Below are positions 54,061 to 64,000 of a DNA stretch of 64,000 nt, one piece after another. The position numbers and the translations under genes are program-made. The stretch's first letter is position 1. Each line of letters begins with the position of its first letter. The DNA is taken from positions 1 to 64,000 of IMG/VR virus record IMGVR_UViG_3300028454_001166, one strand, 5' to 3'. The stretch is from a virus (Duplodnaviria > Caudoviricetes). The notes below the pieces were generated by a model, which did no database searches, had not been told where the DNA came from, and was given only the letters and a program-made list of their open reading frames with translations.

Positions 54061-54492
54061 ATGGCCGCTGGAAGAATCAAAACCTACAACCCCCGTGAAA
54101 TCACTTGCACCCTCGGCTCCCACATCGTTGAAGGGTATGCAGAGGACAGTTTCATTCAGATCGAGCCGAACGGGGACGGCATCACGAAGAAGGTCGGCTG
54201 CGACGGCGAAATCGTCCGTTCCGTCAGCCCCGATAGAACCTACAACATTCGGATCGTTCTGCTGAGATCTTCTGCTTCTGCGAAGTTCCTTCAGGACAAG
54301 TTCGATGAAGATGTGGAAACCGGAAATGCCCTGTTCCCGATCCTGATTAAGGATTTGAAGGGCGGCATGGTCTTTGCCTCCGACGCTTGCTGGGTTGTGC
54401 GTTCTGCGCCTCGGCAGTTCGGACGTCAGGCCCCCGACCTTGAATGGGAACTTTCCACTGGTGAGGCTGATCTCACCGAAGAGGGCGAATAA
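54061..54492 (+). CDS. Tail tube protein (DUF3277-like)
   Basis: TYNP...GY.EDSFI...VGCDGE. Confidence 0.85.
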   Translation: MAAGRIKTYNPREITCTLGSHIVEGYAEDSFIQIEPNGDGITKKVGCDGEIVRSVSPDRTYNIRIVLLRSSASAKFLQDKFDEDVETGNALFPILIKDLKGGMVFASDACWVVRSAPRQFGRQAPDLEWELSTGEADLTEEGE

Positions 54493-54557
54493 GCTGAACG
54501 AAAGGGGGAGGATCAAGGGGATGGTTCTCCCCCGTTTCTTTGAATGGAGGTAAAAAT

Positions 54558-55085
54558 ATGTACGCGCTGAAAAGAACGGAATCCACCCAATTCGATATTG
54601 GTGAGTATTCCTTTTACGTTACGCCTTTTCCGGCAATGAAGAGCGCCGGTATCGCCGCGGATGTGGCAAAGGTAATCGGTCCCGCTCTTGGCGGTTTCAT
54701 TTCACTCGTTGGGGGAAACGGAACCGAAGAGGCTAATGCGGATAATTTACTGGCTGGCATCGATTCCCAGAAAGCTGTATCTGTTATCGGAGAAGCGCTG
54801 TCTTCTCTGAATGGGGATGAGATGGAGCGAATTATCAGCCGTTTGTTGCTCGATAACAACAATGTATCCGTCAGCGGTCCGTACACCGACTTCAAAGCTG
54901 TGCGAATGAACCGCGAAGCCTTTGATGAGGTTTTCTGCTGTGAAGCTCAAAACATATTCGTCCTCTGCTGGGATGTAATCAATCTGAACTACAAGAGTTT
55001 TTTCAAGAACATCGCTCTCCAATTTGGAAACCAAACCGAGTCTACGGAGAGTTTGACTACGAGCGCTATGGAGAGCTTGACTTAA
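54558..55085 (+). CDS. Tail assembly chaperone (gpG-like)
   Basis: Between tube and TMP; slippery TTTTTTC at 54998-55004. Confidence 0.8.
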   Translation: MYALKRTESTQFDIGEYSFYVTPFPAMKSAGIAADVAKVIGPALGGFISLVGGNGTEEANADNLLAGIDSQKAVSVIGEALSSLNGDEMERIISRLLLDNNNVSVSGPYTDFKAVRMNREAFDEVFCCEAQNIFVLCWDVINLNYKSFFKNIALQFGNQTESTESLTTSAMESLT

Positions 55086-55276
55086 CAGCGTTCAATGATC
55101 TGGAAATGCGGATGTACACGCTGATCAAAGCGCGTCTCGCATCCAAATTCGAACTGGAAACTTGCTATACACTTGAAGAGGCATTGAAACTGTATGCCTT
55201 GTATCAGATGGAGCTTGATATAGAAGCCGCTAAATCGGAAGAGATGAAGCGGGAACACGAAACAGGAAGACACTAA
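55004..55276 (+). CDS. -1 frameshift extension of the tail chaperone (gpGT-like)
   Basis: -1 frame open from the slippery site to TAA 55276 (..RLASKFELETCYTLEEALKLY..). Confidence 0.7.
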   Translation, partial: QEHRSPIWKPNRVYGEFDYERYGELDLTAFNDLEMRMYTLIKARLASKFELETCYTLEEALKLYALYQMELDIEAAKSEEMKREHETGRH

Positions 55277-55293
55277 CCGAGGGAGGTGAGATT

Positions 55294-57768
55294 GTGCCGG
55301 AATTTACGCTTGAGTCCATGATACAGTTTATCTGTGACCCGAAAAGCATTCAACAGGTAAACAATACCGTCAGCGGATTAAAAAGCATGATCGGGAAAGC
55401 CCTCGGTACAATCGGGATCGGATTCAGCCTCAAGGCGATGAACGACGCCGTTGAGCAGGTTCGGTCCGTAAATCGCGCTTTGGAAAGCGCGGTCGGGCAA
55501 TTCGGAAATATAGATGATATTCAGGAAAAAATCCTGAAAACTTCTAAAGATCTCGTCGGGAATTACGAGGACGTGTCAAAAAATGTGTCCGACCTCGTAA
55601 AGAACAACAAGACCCTGTTTGATGTGGATAAGGCTATCCGGTTCACCGATATTATGACCAAGCTCACTAAATTGAGCGGCGGCAGTAATTCGGATGCTTC
55701 CGGGCTTGTCTCGAGTATGGCGTCAGCCATGAAGAATGGCCGATTTGACAGCGGTTCGCTGGACGCTTTGTTTGCGAAGGCACCACAGGCAATAAAGATC
55801 CTTACGGATTATTACGGCGTTTCCGAGAGGAAGCTCCGTACTATGGCACAGGCCGGAATCATTAAGGCGAAGGATATTCAAAAGGCATTCATGGATGCGG
55901 GGGAGGCTGTAGATAAATCCTTCTCTGAGATGGGGCCGAGAATATCCGATGTGCTTTCATCCGCGCGGAGCCAGCTCAAATATTTCATCGAGGAAACCGA
56001 TGAAATGTTCGGCATTACGAAATCCATAGCAAAATTTCTACAGAGCGGATTTCAGACCGTGATGGGCTGGCTTCAGAAAGCGCGTTCAAGTGTGATGTTC
56101 CTTTCGGAGAAGCTGGGCGGGATGGAAAATACCCTCAAACTTCTCGCGGTTGTCGCGGCTTCATTCGCTGTTGCCATGAACTTCGGAAAAATCGTATCAG
56201 GGGTAAAAGGTCTGGTTGGCATATTCGGCAAGCTGGGGATAAAAGGAACCTTAATCGTTGCGGCAATCGCCATGATCATATTGGCGATAGAGGACTTCAT
56301 CCACTTTATGAAAGGGAATAACTCCCTGCTGGGGGTGATGTTCGAGAAGGCCGGTATAGATGCTGACGAGGCAAGAGAAAAGATAATCTCCGCTTGGAAC
56401 ACGGTCAAGAAATTCCTTCTTGCAGCTTGGGGTGCGATCAAACAAGCTGGCACGGCTGTTTGGGGTCAACTTACAGCGTTTTGGCAAAGAAACGGAGAGC
56501 GGATTGTTCAGGTAACGACCAAAATCTTCACGGCTGTCGGTACTATCGTCAAGGCTGTAGCAGGACAAATCGCTGGCTCGTGGGACAACATGGGCGGGTC
56601 GCTCATGAGCATAATTTCAAAGGCGTGGGATTATATAAAATCTACGTTCCAATTTGCCCTTGACTTCATCTTAGATCTGCTTGCCGTAGTTTGTGACATC
56701 ATCAATGGCGATTGGAGTGCGCTTTGGGAAGATGTAAAAACATTGTTCGTCAACATTTGGAACAACATGATAAACTCCCTTAAGGAGTGGGCTAAGTTGT
56801 TCGCTTCGTTTATAGAACTTATCGGACAAGCCATCCTTTACAGTTTCACATGGACGCGCGACCAGATCAAAAAGATTTGGGATAGTATCGGCCCCTACAT
56901 CACGGGCGCTTTGAAAGCCGTATGGGATAAGATCAAATCCATCGGTCAGGCAATTGCCGATTTCTTCGTCGGGTTGTGGGGATCCATTACAGAAACGGTC
57001 GGCGGAATCAAAGATACAATCGTTGAGAAATTCCAAGAGGCTGTCGATTGGATCGTTGCGCTCCCCGGACAGGCCCTCGCATGGGGTTCTGATATAATCA
57101 ACAAAATCATCGAAGGGATTCTCGGGGTCGGAACGTCTCTGAAAGAAACGGTTGAGGGAATCTTTGATGATCCCATCGGATTCATAAAAGGGCTTCCCGA
57201 AAAAGCCGTCGAATGGGGTAAAGATATAGCGGGCGGTTTGAAGTCTGGAATTGAGAGCGGCGCGGGGGCTGTGAAAAAAGCGGCTTCGTGGGTTGCCGGT
57301 AAGGTTAGCGGTGTTCTTCACTTCTCCGAACCGGACGAAGGCCCGTTATCTGATTTTCACACCTATATGCCTGATATGATAAAGATGATGGTCCAAGGCA
57401 TAGAGGCCGGGATCCCTGCCATCCGTCAGGTAGTTGGAACTTTGACCGGTGCAATGTCTTCTGATTTTGCATCCGGGTTAGGCTCTCTTTCATCTGTCGT
57501 TGAAGCGATAAAAGAATCCATGGTTTCTGATTTTGCTTCGGGCATCGATAAGCTGTCAGCACTTGCGGATTCCCGATTCGTTTTCCAGAAAACTGCTGGC
57601 GCTGTAACCAACAGCAACAACATTTCCCGCAATGTAGTTCAGAATGTGGAAATTTCCAACACGTTCAACGGAGACCGGGCGGGACAGCAGAAAGCATCCG
57701 CGGCTATGAAATCCGCGGCTCAGGACAGCACGGCTCAGATGGGCCGCGCACTTCTGTTTGCGAGGTGA
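55294..57768 (+). CDS. Tape measure protein
   Basis: 824 aa helical, Trp-periodic repeats, HFSEPDEGPLSD. Confidence 0.9.
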   Translation: MPEFTLESMIQFICDPKSIQQVNNTVSGLKSMIGKALGTIGIGFSLKAMNDAVEQVRSVNRALESAVGQFGNIDDIQEKILKTSKDLVGNYEDVSKNVSDLVKNNKTLFDVDKAIRFTDIMTKLTKLSGGSNSDASGLVSSMASAMKNGRFDSGSLDALFAKAPQAIKILTDYYGVSERKLRTMAQAGIIKAKDIQKAFMDAGEAVDKSFSEMGPRISDVLSSARSQLKYFIEETDEMFGITKSIAKFLQSGFQTVMGWLQKARSSVMFLSEKLGGMENTLKLLAVVAASFAVAMNFGKIVSGVKGLVGIFGKLGIKGTLIVAAIAMIILAIEDFIHFMKGNNSLLGVMFEKAGIDADEAREKIISAWNTVKKFLLAAWGAIKQAGTAVWGQLTAFWQRNGERIVQVTTKIFTAVGTIVKAVAGQIAGSWDNMGGSLMSIISKAWDYIKSTFQFALDFILDLLAVVCDIINGDWSALWEDVKTLFVNIWNNMINSLKEWAKLFASFIELIGQAILYSFTWTRDQIKKIWDSIGPYITGALKAVWDKIKSIGQAIADFFVGLWGSITETVGGIKDTIVEKFQEAVDWIVALPGQALAWGSDIINKIIEGILGVGTSLKETVEGIFDDPIGFIKGLPEKAVEWGKDIAGGLKSGIESGAGAVKKAASWVAGKVSGVLHFSEPDEGPLSDFHTYMPDMIKMMVQGIEAGIPAIRQVVGTLTGAMSSDFASGLGSLSSVVEAIKESMVSDFASGIDKLSALADSRFVFQKTAGAVTNSNNISRNVVQNVEISNTFNGDRAGQQKASAAMKSAAQDSTAQMGRALLFAR

Positions 57769-57772
57769 TTGA

Positions 57773-58471
57773 ATGGCACGGGCAATACAACCGGTTCAGG
57801 TTGCTGGAATTGAATTCGATGCTCTCATCGAAGAAACGAGGCAGCTCGACGCGGAGATCCCTCAATATTCGACCGAAGAAGGGTTCCAAATTTCTGATGC
57901 GATCATCATTGACGCGGAAACCATCAGCATGACGCTTTTCGTGACGGACACTCCTGTAACTTGGCGTGACCGTCACGGGGGCGCACATATGGGAGACGTT
58001 TGCAGTCGCCTCGAAGCGATCTATTTCAACAAGGAACCCATCACGATTTCAACCACGGATGCCAACTATACAGATATGGGCATCCAGTCCATCACGTTTT
58101 CAAAGTCGTTTGAAGTAGGGTATTCCAGAGAAATACCGATCACCTTCAAAAAGATTCGAAAGACGAGGACCAGAACGATAGCGGCCCCGTCTTCTATATA
58201 CCCAAGCGGAGGTATGACCGGACAGACCACCGGGCAAGTTTCTACCGAAGCGAAAAACACGGCTGAACCCGGAAGCATTATGTACGGAGTGTATTCCGGA
58301 TTAACAGGCGGATCCGAGAATACTTCCACTCCGGCTTACACGGGACAGGGAACCGCGGCGGGAGCAAGGAAAAGGACTTCACAAACTGTCCAAGGCACAA
58401 TAAACAACCACAATTCCGGTGGCGGGTATAATCCGTCCAAAAACTTGACCCGGCTTAATCAGATCAACTGA
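57773..58471 (+). CDS. Dit-like baseplate/tube-initiator protein
   Basis: FDALIEE..EEGFQISD; synteny. Confidence 0.75.
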   Translation: MARAIQPVQVAGIEFDALIEETRQLDAEIPQYSTEEGFQISDAIIIDAETISMTLFVTDTPVTWRDRHGGAHMGDVCSRLEAIYFNKEPITISTTDANYTDMGIQSITFSKSFEVGYSREIPITFKKIRKTRTRTIAAPSSIYPSGGMTGQTTGQVSTEAKNTAEPGSIMYGVYSGLTGGSENTSTPAYTGQGTAAGARKRTSQTVQGTINNHNSGGGYNPSKNLTRLNQIN

Positions 58472-58493
58472 CGAAAGGAGGCGGCGCTGAAAG

Positions 58494-58826
58494 GTGGATA
58501 CCGGAGTAGATTATACCGTGATAACGGTTCCCAAATACAACGACAGTTTCTCCCGAATTACCCTTGACGGGACTCTGTATCAAATTCGGTTTTCCTACAA
58601 CATGGCGACAGATTGCTGGAAATTCGGTTTATTCACGGCTTGGTACGAGCCGATATTCCAAGACGTGAAAATCGTACCCGGCGCACCGCTGAACCATTCG
58701 TTTTGCCAGAAGCCGTACCCCCGCGTCTGGTTTGGCGTAAAGACCAAACTGGATCGTGTCGGCTACCGGGATTTCTGGGACGGGAACGCAGAGTTCTTCT
58801 ACATGGAGTTGGCAGACAATGGCTGA
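58494..58826 (+). CDS. Baseplate plug-like protein
   Basis: ITLDG..Y..RF.YN...W; synteny. Confidence 0.7.
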   Translation: MDTGVDYTVITVPKYNDSFSRITLDGTLYQIRFSYNMATDCWKFGLFTAWYEPIFQDVKIVPGAPLNHSFCQKPYPRVWFGVKTKLDRVGYRDFWDGNAEFFYMELADNG

Positions 58827-59685
58827 GAATTACGAAAACTTTGAACGGCAGTACAAGGTCACGATAACCGGAGCCGGGGGAGGGTTTGAGTTTGGAGGAG
58901 AGGAGTTTCCCCTCCATATCAGCTTTTCGTTCCAGAAAACGGATTTGTACTCTCCGAACAACGGAAACCTGACCGTTTGGAATCTCGCCCCCGAACATAC
59001 CGCTATGCTGATCGAGAATGAGGAAAATGCGCATCTGACGCTTGAAGCGGGATATCGGGATCATATCACCCGTATCTTTTCGGGAGTTGTCAGTTTTTCT
59101 TCTACCTCGATGGATGGAGCAGATTGGCGTACCGAAATCGAAGTCATAGACACCCTCGAGGAGCAGCGCGATTCATACGTTTCGTTGTCCTTTGCCCCCG
59201 GTACAAACTGGAGAGACATAACGGATGAGGCGGCAGGACAGCTCGGCATTGATATTGATTACGGCCATAATGTAGAGTTCAAGGCCATAGATACAGGATT
59301 CCAGTTTGTCGGGCTTGCAGACGATGTTTTTACCAAAGCCTGTGACAGCAACGGCCTTTCGTGGAGCGTTCAGGATGGAAGGATCCAGATGAAGAAGAAC
59401 GCAGATACGATGCCGCCCGGTGTGATCTACGTTATATCCGCTGATACTGGTATGATTGAAATGCCTGTTCGTGTTTGCATTGCCGGGAGCGCAGAAACTG
59501 GGGATAAGATCATAGGATATGATGTTACCTGCCTTTTGAATGGAGACATAAAAATAGATGATTACGTCTATTTGGATTCAAAGATCGTCAAAGGGGCATT
59601 CCGGGTTTACTCCATCGAATACACGGGTGACAGTCAGTCCGGCGACTGGACCACAAAAATGCGTCTGCTCGAAAAAGGGCTGTGA
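58819..59685 (+). CDS. Baseplate hub protein
   Basis: VWNL, LEAGY...IFSG, WSVQDG, TGMI..P. Confidence 0.8.
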   Translation: MAENYENFERQYKVTITGAGGGFEFGGEEFPLHISFSFQKTDLYSPNNGNLTVWNLAPEHTAMLIENEENAHLTLEAGYRDHITRIFSGVVSFSSTSMDGADWRTEIEVIDTLEEQRDSYVSLSFAPGTNWRDITDEAAGQLGIDIDYGHNVEFKAIDTGFQFVGLADDVFTKACDSNGLSWSVQDGRIQMKKNADTMPPGVIYVISADTGMIEMPVRVCIAGSAETGDKIIGYDVTCLLNGDIKIDDYVYLDSKIVKGAFRVYSIEYTGDSQSGDWTTKMRLLEKGL

Positions 59686-59697
59686 TCGGAGGAATCC

Positions 59698-60495
59698 ATG
59701 CTTCAAGAACTGGTCAACATGACACAGGAGCTGATCCGAAAGCATCTGAAAAAGATGCACACAGCGGTTCCTGGAAAGGTCGTAAAGTACGACCCTGATA
59801 GGGGGATGTGCGACGTCCAGCCCGTCATGCAATACAAAAAACCGAATGGTGAATGGATCGATTATCCGGAGCTGAAAGACGTCCCTGTTTGGTGGCCGCA
59901 GACTTACGGGCAGGAATCGACCATCGTTTACCCCATCAAGAAAGATGATGAGGTGCTTGTCCTTCTGATGGAACGTCCCATCGACTACTGGCTTTTCGGA
60001 CAGCAGACGAAACAGGATCTGATGTTCGATCTGTCGGAGGCTATCTGCATCCCCGGCCTTTTTGCAAAGCCGAACAAACTGGCGAAAACCGCTCAGGATG
60101 AGAAGGCAATCATCATCCAGCGAAAGGATACCTTCGTAAAGATCAAAGAAAAGGAAATCGAGCTGAACTCCAAAGAAACCGTGGTCGTGAATGCCAAGAA
60201 AGAAGTCACGGTCAACACGGATACGGATGTGATTGTCAACGCCAAAAAGGACGTTACGGTGAATGCAGATGGAGATATAGCCCTTAATGCAGAAAACACC
60301 ATAGAGCTGAACGCGGAGGAAATCCTCATCAATGGTTCTGAAATGAACGCCACGGCGTCCCTGTCCTTTGACGGAGATATGACCGTCGCCGGAGGCATTA
60401 CCGCTTCGGGTGATGTGGTCGCCGATGGAATCAGCCTGAAGGAACATACCCACAAAGATGGGGACGATGCTGAAACGACGCCCCCGAACGCTTAA
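59698..60495 (+). CDS. Baseplate central spike (Gp138/gpV-like)
   Basis: HTAVPGKVVKYD, DLSEAI.IPG, beta-repeat region, ISLKEHTH. Confidence 0.88.
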   Translation: MLQELVNMTQELIRKHLKKMHTAVPGKVVKYDPDRGMCDVQPVMQYKKPNGEWIDYPELKDVPVWWPQTYGQESTIVYPIKKDDEVLVLLMERPIDYWLFGQQTKQDLMFDLSEAICIPGLFAKPNKLAKTAQDEKAIIIQRKDTFVKIKEKEIELNSKETVVVNAKKEVTVNTDTDVIVNAKKDVTVNADGDIALNAENTIELNAEEILINGSEMNATASLSFDGDMTVAGGITASGDVVADGISLKEHTHKDGDDAETTPPNA

Positions 60496-60549
60496 CGCAC
60501 ACAGCAGCGAAAGCTGTGAAAATATATTTTTGATGGAGGTCAAACCATT

Positions 60550-61080
60550 ATGGAAAAGATCAATCTGAATCTTTCTACCCCTTGGTACACTTTTCAGAGA
60601 AAGGTTCACGCCCTGTTCCGGAACGATCCGGATATTCAGGTCGGGGAAATCTTCGAAACCAATGATCCGGTTGCGCAGTATGCTTTCGATATTGAGGTGA
60701 AGAACCACGAGAAGTACATCGCCCTCGACCGCGTTCTCCCTAAGATCCGGAGATTCGGCAATGTGGCCGTCGCCATTTTCCTGTACGATGAAGAAAACGG
60801 AGAGGAACAGGATACCGAAACCCTGTTCAAAACCATCTTTGACGGGAATCCGCTCATGGATGAGATCGTCTCTGCCGAAGATTTCACAGGCACGAAGCAT
60901 ACCTACGTCATGTTCCTGCCGAGAGTTATCCAGTTCTTCAACGATGATATTTCCGACCTGAACGGAAACTGGAGCGGCATCGCGCAGGAAATCGCCCGTG
61001 AGGTTTTTGAGGATGCAAGGGGCGTCCATTTCTGCACTTCTCCGTTCATCGGTGAACCAGAAGCCAAAGAGGAAGAGTAA
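60550..61080 (+). CDS. Hypothetical protein within the baseplate module
   Basis: GGAGG RBS, 176 aa, flanked by non-coding spacers. Confidence 0.75.
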   Translation: MEKINLNLSTPWYTFQRKVHALFRNDPDIQVGEIFETNDPVAQYAFDIEVKNHEKYIALDRVLPKIRRFGNVAVAIFLYDEENGEEQDTETLFKTIFDGNPLMDEIVSAEDFTGTKHTYVMFLPRVIQFFNDDISDLNGNWSGIAQEIAREVFEDARGVHFCTSPFIGEPEAKEEE

Positions 61081-61219
61081 AACCGTTTGTCTGCCCCGTG
61101 TGGCGTTTGTACGCTGATTTTTCTTGAAAGAGGTATTTCCATCCATCCGAAAGAAACGAGGCGTATAAACGGCTCCACGGGGCTGTAATATAGTCCAAAG
61201 AAAACGGAGGCCGACTGAC

Positions 61220-61582
61220 ATGATGGACAGGCTGGATATACGGCTGTCGCGGGACGGAGATATAGTCCTGTCGGACAGTGGGGATATACAGATCACCAAC
61301 AGCATACAACAGGCAATCTTGATCCACCTCCGGTGGATTTTTTCTGAGTGGAGGCTCGGCCCGGATTACGGTTTCCCGTACTTTGAAGACGTGTTCATCA
61401 AGAATCCCGACATTGAGCGGATCAAGCGGGATATACGAATGGAGATCATGAAGGTTGAAGGGGTCCGCCGTGCAACAGTAGACAGCGTGACCTATGACCC
61501 TGCCGGAAGATCTGCGACGTTCGTATATACCGCCGTGACCGACGAGGAAACTTTCAAGGAAGAGGTGACTTTGTATGCCTGA
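61220..61582 (+). CDS. Baseplate wedge / sheath initiator (gp25-like)
   Basis: QAI.I.L....EW.L...G.PY. Confidence 0.8.
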   Translation: MMDRLDIRLSRDGDIVLSDSGDIQITNSIQQAILIHLRWIFSEWRLGPDYGFPYFEDVFIKNPDIERIKRDIRMEIMKVEGVRRATVDSVTYDPAGRSATFVYTAVTDEETFKEEVTLYA

Positions 61583-63029
61583 TTATGGATTGACCCCTAC
61601 CGGTCCGAACACAAAACGGCTGGACGTCATCCTCGACGAAATGCACACCCAGCTTTCGGAGGCGTGGGGGGTTAATACCCGGAAGGATCCTCAGTCCTTC
61701 TTGAACCATCTGCTGACGAATATAGCCGACCAGCTTGCCGACCTTTGGGCGTTCGGTGAGGACGTCTACTACTCGCAGTACCCTACCTCGGCGGAAGGGG
61801 CGAGTCTTGATTACTCCGCAGAGTATGGAGGAATTGTCCGGGAGGCCGCTGCAAAGTCCTACTACCGGGTTCTTTGCACGGGCAAAGACGGAACGATCAT
61901 CCCGGCCCGGACCATCATTGCATCGAATACGACTCCGGCAACCCAGCTCTCGATCACGGAAAACGCACAGATCACGAGCGCGGATTTCAATACGGCAAAG
62001 ATCATCATAGCCGAACCCGGAACGAAATCCGTTCTTGCTGTTGAGTTGAATAGCGAGCTTTATCAGTTTGAGCCGGATTCCACGAAAACGGACGCAGAAA
62101 ACCTCGCCGGACTCGCTGGGGTTTTGAATGCCGCACCGGGATTCACCGCGAAAGTCGAGGAGAGGGCGATTGTCCTTGCCGCAGAGGACGAGATCAGCAG
62201 TAACACCCTGATTATGTCGGAAAACCTGACAACGGAATCAGTCGGATCCGTTATTACATTTTCAACTGTTGAGGATGGCGATATTCTGATTCCTCCCGGC
62301 GTGGTTACGAAGATCCAGATGGCTGTTGCGGGGCTTGAATCGGTTACGAACGTCGGCGGCTATATCGCTGGCCGGAAGGCTGAAACCGATACCGAACTGC
62401 GGCAGTCCTACATCGATAAAATCTATAACCGGTCTTCGTCCATGGCAGAGAGCATCCGGTCGGCGATTCTTGAACAGGTTCAGGGTGTCTCTACTTGTAC
62501 CGTCTATGAGAACTACACCAACCTTGTGGATGAGTATGGTCGATACCCTCATTCGGTTGAAGTGGTTGCGGATGGAGAGTTTGACGAGATCCTTCTGGCT
62601 CAGGTGATTTTGAATACTAAAGCTGGTGGCATAAATACATATGGCTCCCGCGAAATCGATCTTCCCGGATTATATGGAGAGCCGATTACGATTCGATATA
62701 ACAAGCCTGTTCCGGTTTACATATGGTTTAAGGTGGTCGTTTTCATGAATGGATCGACGAATGCGCCGACCAACTATGTGGATTTGATCGAAGGGATCAT
62801 TACGGAATGGATGGATGGCCTGAGCGCGGGCGACGATGTTGCGCCTCAGACGATCATTCATAAGTTGTATGCCATGATCCCGGGCGTGGATTATTTCGAT
62901 ATTTACCTGTCTTCCACGGAAGATGAAGTCGCGTTGCCCAGCGAATACCCGGATCGCAGAGTTGAAATAACCGACCGTCAGAAAGCCTATACAAGTCCCG
63001 GCAGGATTGAGGTGACGCTCGGTGGCTGA
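61575..63029 (+). CDS. Baseplate J-like protein
   Basis: YGLT.TG, AEG.SLD, G...ETD.ELR, YEN, PHS.EVV, AGGI.TYG. Confidence 0.9.
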   Translation: MPDYGLTPTGPNTKRLDVILDEMHTQLSEAWGVNTRKDPQSFLNHLLTNIADQLADLWAFGEDVYYSQYPTSAEGASLDYSAEYGGIVREAAAKSYYRVLCTGKDGTIIPARTIIASNTTPATQLSITENAQITSADFNTAKIIIAEPGTKSVLAVELNSELYQFEPDSTKTDAENLAGLAGVLNAAPGFTAKVEERAIVLAAEDEISSNTLIMSENLTTESVGSVITFSTVEDGDILIPPGVVTKIQMAVAGLESVTNVGGYIAGRKAETDTELRQSYIDKIYNRSSSMAESIRSAILEQVQGVSTCTVYENYTNLVDEYGRYPHSVEVVADGEFDEILLAQVILNTKAGGINTYGSREIDLPGLYGEPITIRYNKPVPVYIWFKVVVFMNGSTNAPTNYVDLIEGIITEWMDGLSAGDDVAPQTIIHKLYAMIPGVDYFDIYLSSTEDEVALPSEYPDRRVEITDRQKAYTSPGRIEVTLGG

Positions 63030-63894
63030 ACTGGAATACAGCATTGACCTGAAAAAAGATCTGGTAACACAGTTTACGGATCAGCCCAACATATCCGTGC
63101 TGGCAGAGGTTATCCAGAAACAGTTTGCGGATGTGTGCGATTTCTTTGCGCAGCTCAAAGTCAGGCGATGGCTCGATCTGGCTGAAGGAGTTCAGCTTGA
63201 CCGGATCGGAGATATTGTCTGCCTGACCCGAGGCGAAGCCGGGTATCTGGCTTGTATAGACCAATCTGTTGAGGTGCTCCCGGATGATGAATACCGGAAG
63301 TACCTCATTTTCAAGATTTGGAAGAACACGAACAACTGCACCTACTATGATGTTCTGAAAGCGTTCAGGATGTTTTGGCCCAGACCGTTGTACTACCACG
63401 AGGATCCTGAAAGACCCGCAACTATGCTCTTCGAGACGGAGATCCTGAAGCCGGGTGAGATGGATGTACAGCAACTTTTCAAAGCCCCGATCATCCGGGC
63501 GGCTGGCGTGGGGATCTGGATTACGGCAATCACTCAAGCGGACGAACAGACCTCGCAGCTCTACACATATTCGCATCTCGGCAGGGGATTGAGTATAACC
63601 CCGATACCAGAGGTGTTCCCTGAATGGCCCAGCGACATTAGCCTGTGGCTTTCCGGTATGATGCCCCGGTGGTACAAGACGATCATCGAACGGGACGAAA
63701 CCAGAACCGGTTTGGTCGTTCATCCCGTGCCGGAAACATGGACCCTTGAGATCTGGGAATATCTTGAAATCCTCGGAAACCACAAACTGCGTTCCCGCGC
63801 TGACGAAGAAAATCTTACCGTCGTGATAGAAAACGCGGGGCTTGCCGTGGATGAGCACAACCCCACGAAATCGCTCATTATTACAGGAGGTTAA
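63022..63894 (+). CDS. Baseplate wedge protein (DUF2612-like)
   Basis: AEGVQLDRIGDIV...L.DDEYR. Confidence 0.8.
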   Translation: MAELEYSIDLKKDLVTQFTDQPNISVLAEVIQKQFADVCDFFAQLKVRRWLDLAEGVQLDRIGDIVCLTRGEAGYLACIDQSVEVLPDDEYRKYLIFKIWKNTNNCTYYDVLKAFRMFWPRPLYYHEDPERPATMLFETEILKPGEMDVQQLFKAPIIRAAGVGIWITAITQADEQTSQLYTYSHLGRGLSITPIPEVFPEWPSDISLWLSGMMPRWYKTIIERDETRTGLVVHPVPETWTLEIWEYLEILGNHKLRSRADEENLTVVIENAGLAVDEHNPTKSLIITGG

Positions 63895-63898
63895 ATAA

Positions 63899-64000
63899 AT
63901 GGATTATGGATTCGCCGTAACCGATGCAGGGCGTTATTTGATCGCGCGTCTGTTAACAGGGGAGACCATGCACATCACCAAGATCATGGTAGGATCCGGA
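63899..64000 (+). CDS. Tail fibre/collar protein, N-terminus only (partial)
   Basis: AGGAGG RBS; MDYGFAVTDAGRYLIA...ITKIMVG. Confidence 0.65.
   Translation, partial: MDYGFAVTDAGRYLIARLLTGETMHITKIMVGSG

Larger units (their letters stand above)
980..64000. mobile_element. Temperate prophage with contractile tail (myovirus morphotype); continues beyond the window; left boundary approximate
   Basis: Integrase, repressor, replication, packaging, head, sheath/tube and baseplate modules in canonical order. Confidence 0.95.

Noticed and set aside
980-64000. Diversity-generating retroelement, retron or IS element
   Set aside because: No reverse transcriptase, TR/VR pair or transposase recognised in this window

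Overview
Almost the whole window (from about 980 to the end) is the left and central part of an integrated temperate myovirus-type prophage, probably of a Clostridia/Firmicutes host; only 1-~975 (an XRE regulator gene and a terminator) appears to be host DNA. Gene order: serine integrase, CI/Cro switch, DUF2800 nuclease/DUF2815 SSB/PolA replication genes, a tRNA and structured-RNA island, nucleotide-metabolism accessory genes, VirE-type primase-helicase with an iteron-like origin, VRR-NUC, interrupted SNF2 helicase, late activator, a P27-TerS/MetK/methylase/amidoligase block, TerS, intein-containing TerL, portal, head (MuF, DUF2213, DUF2184 capsid), contractile tail and baseplate. Most notable: (1) a ~12.5 kb array between portal and prohead protease encoding what look like capsid-packaged effectors. 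It includes a portal-Nudix-toxin fusion, an RNase-like toxin and two ADP-ribosyltransferases. They share an Arg-rich leader, a conserved second motif and [RNH]xD putative maturation sites. Three are followed by antidote-like genes served by sigma-A promoters, two of which are hidden inside the toxin reading frame. (2) Three tandem tRNA-shell RNAs with conserved D/T arms but unrelated inserts in place of the anticodon arm. (3) An intron-less GIY-YIG ORF inserted exactly into the D-loop of tRNA-Gln, whose last codons rebuild the tRNA 5' half. All family assignments come from motif recognition by eye, not database searches.
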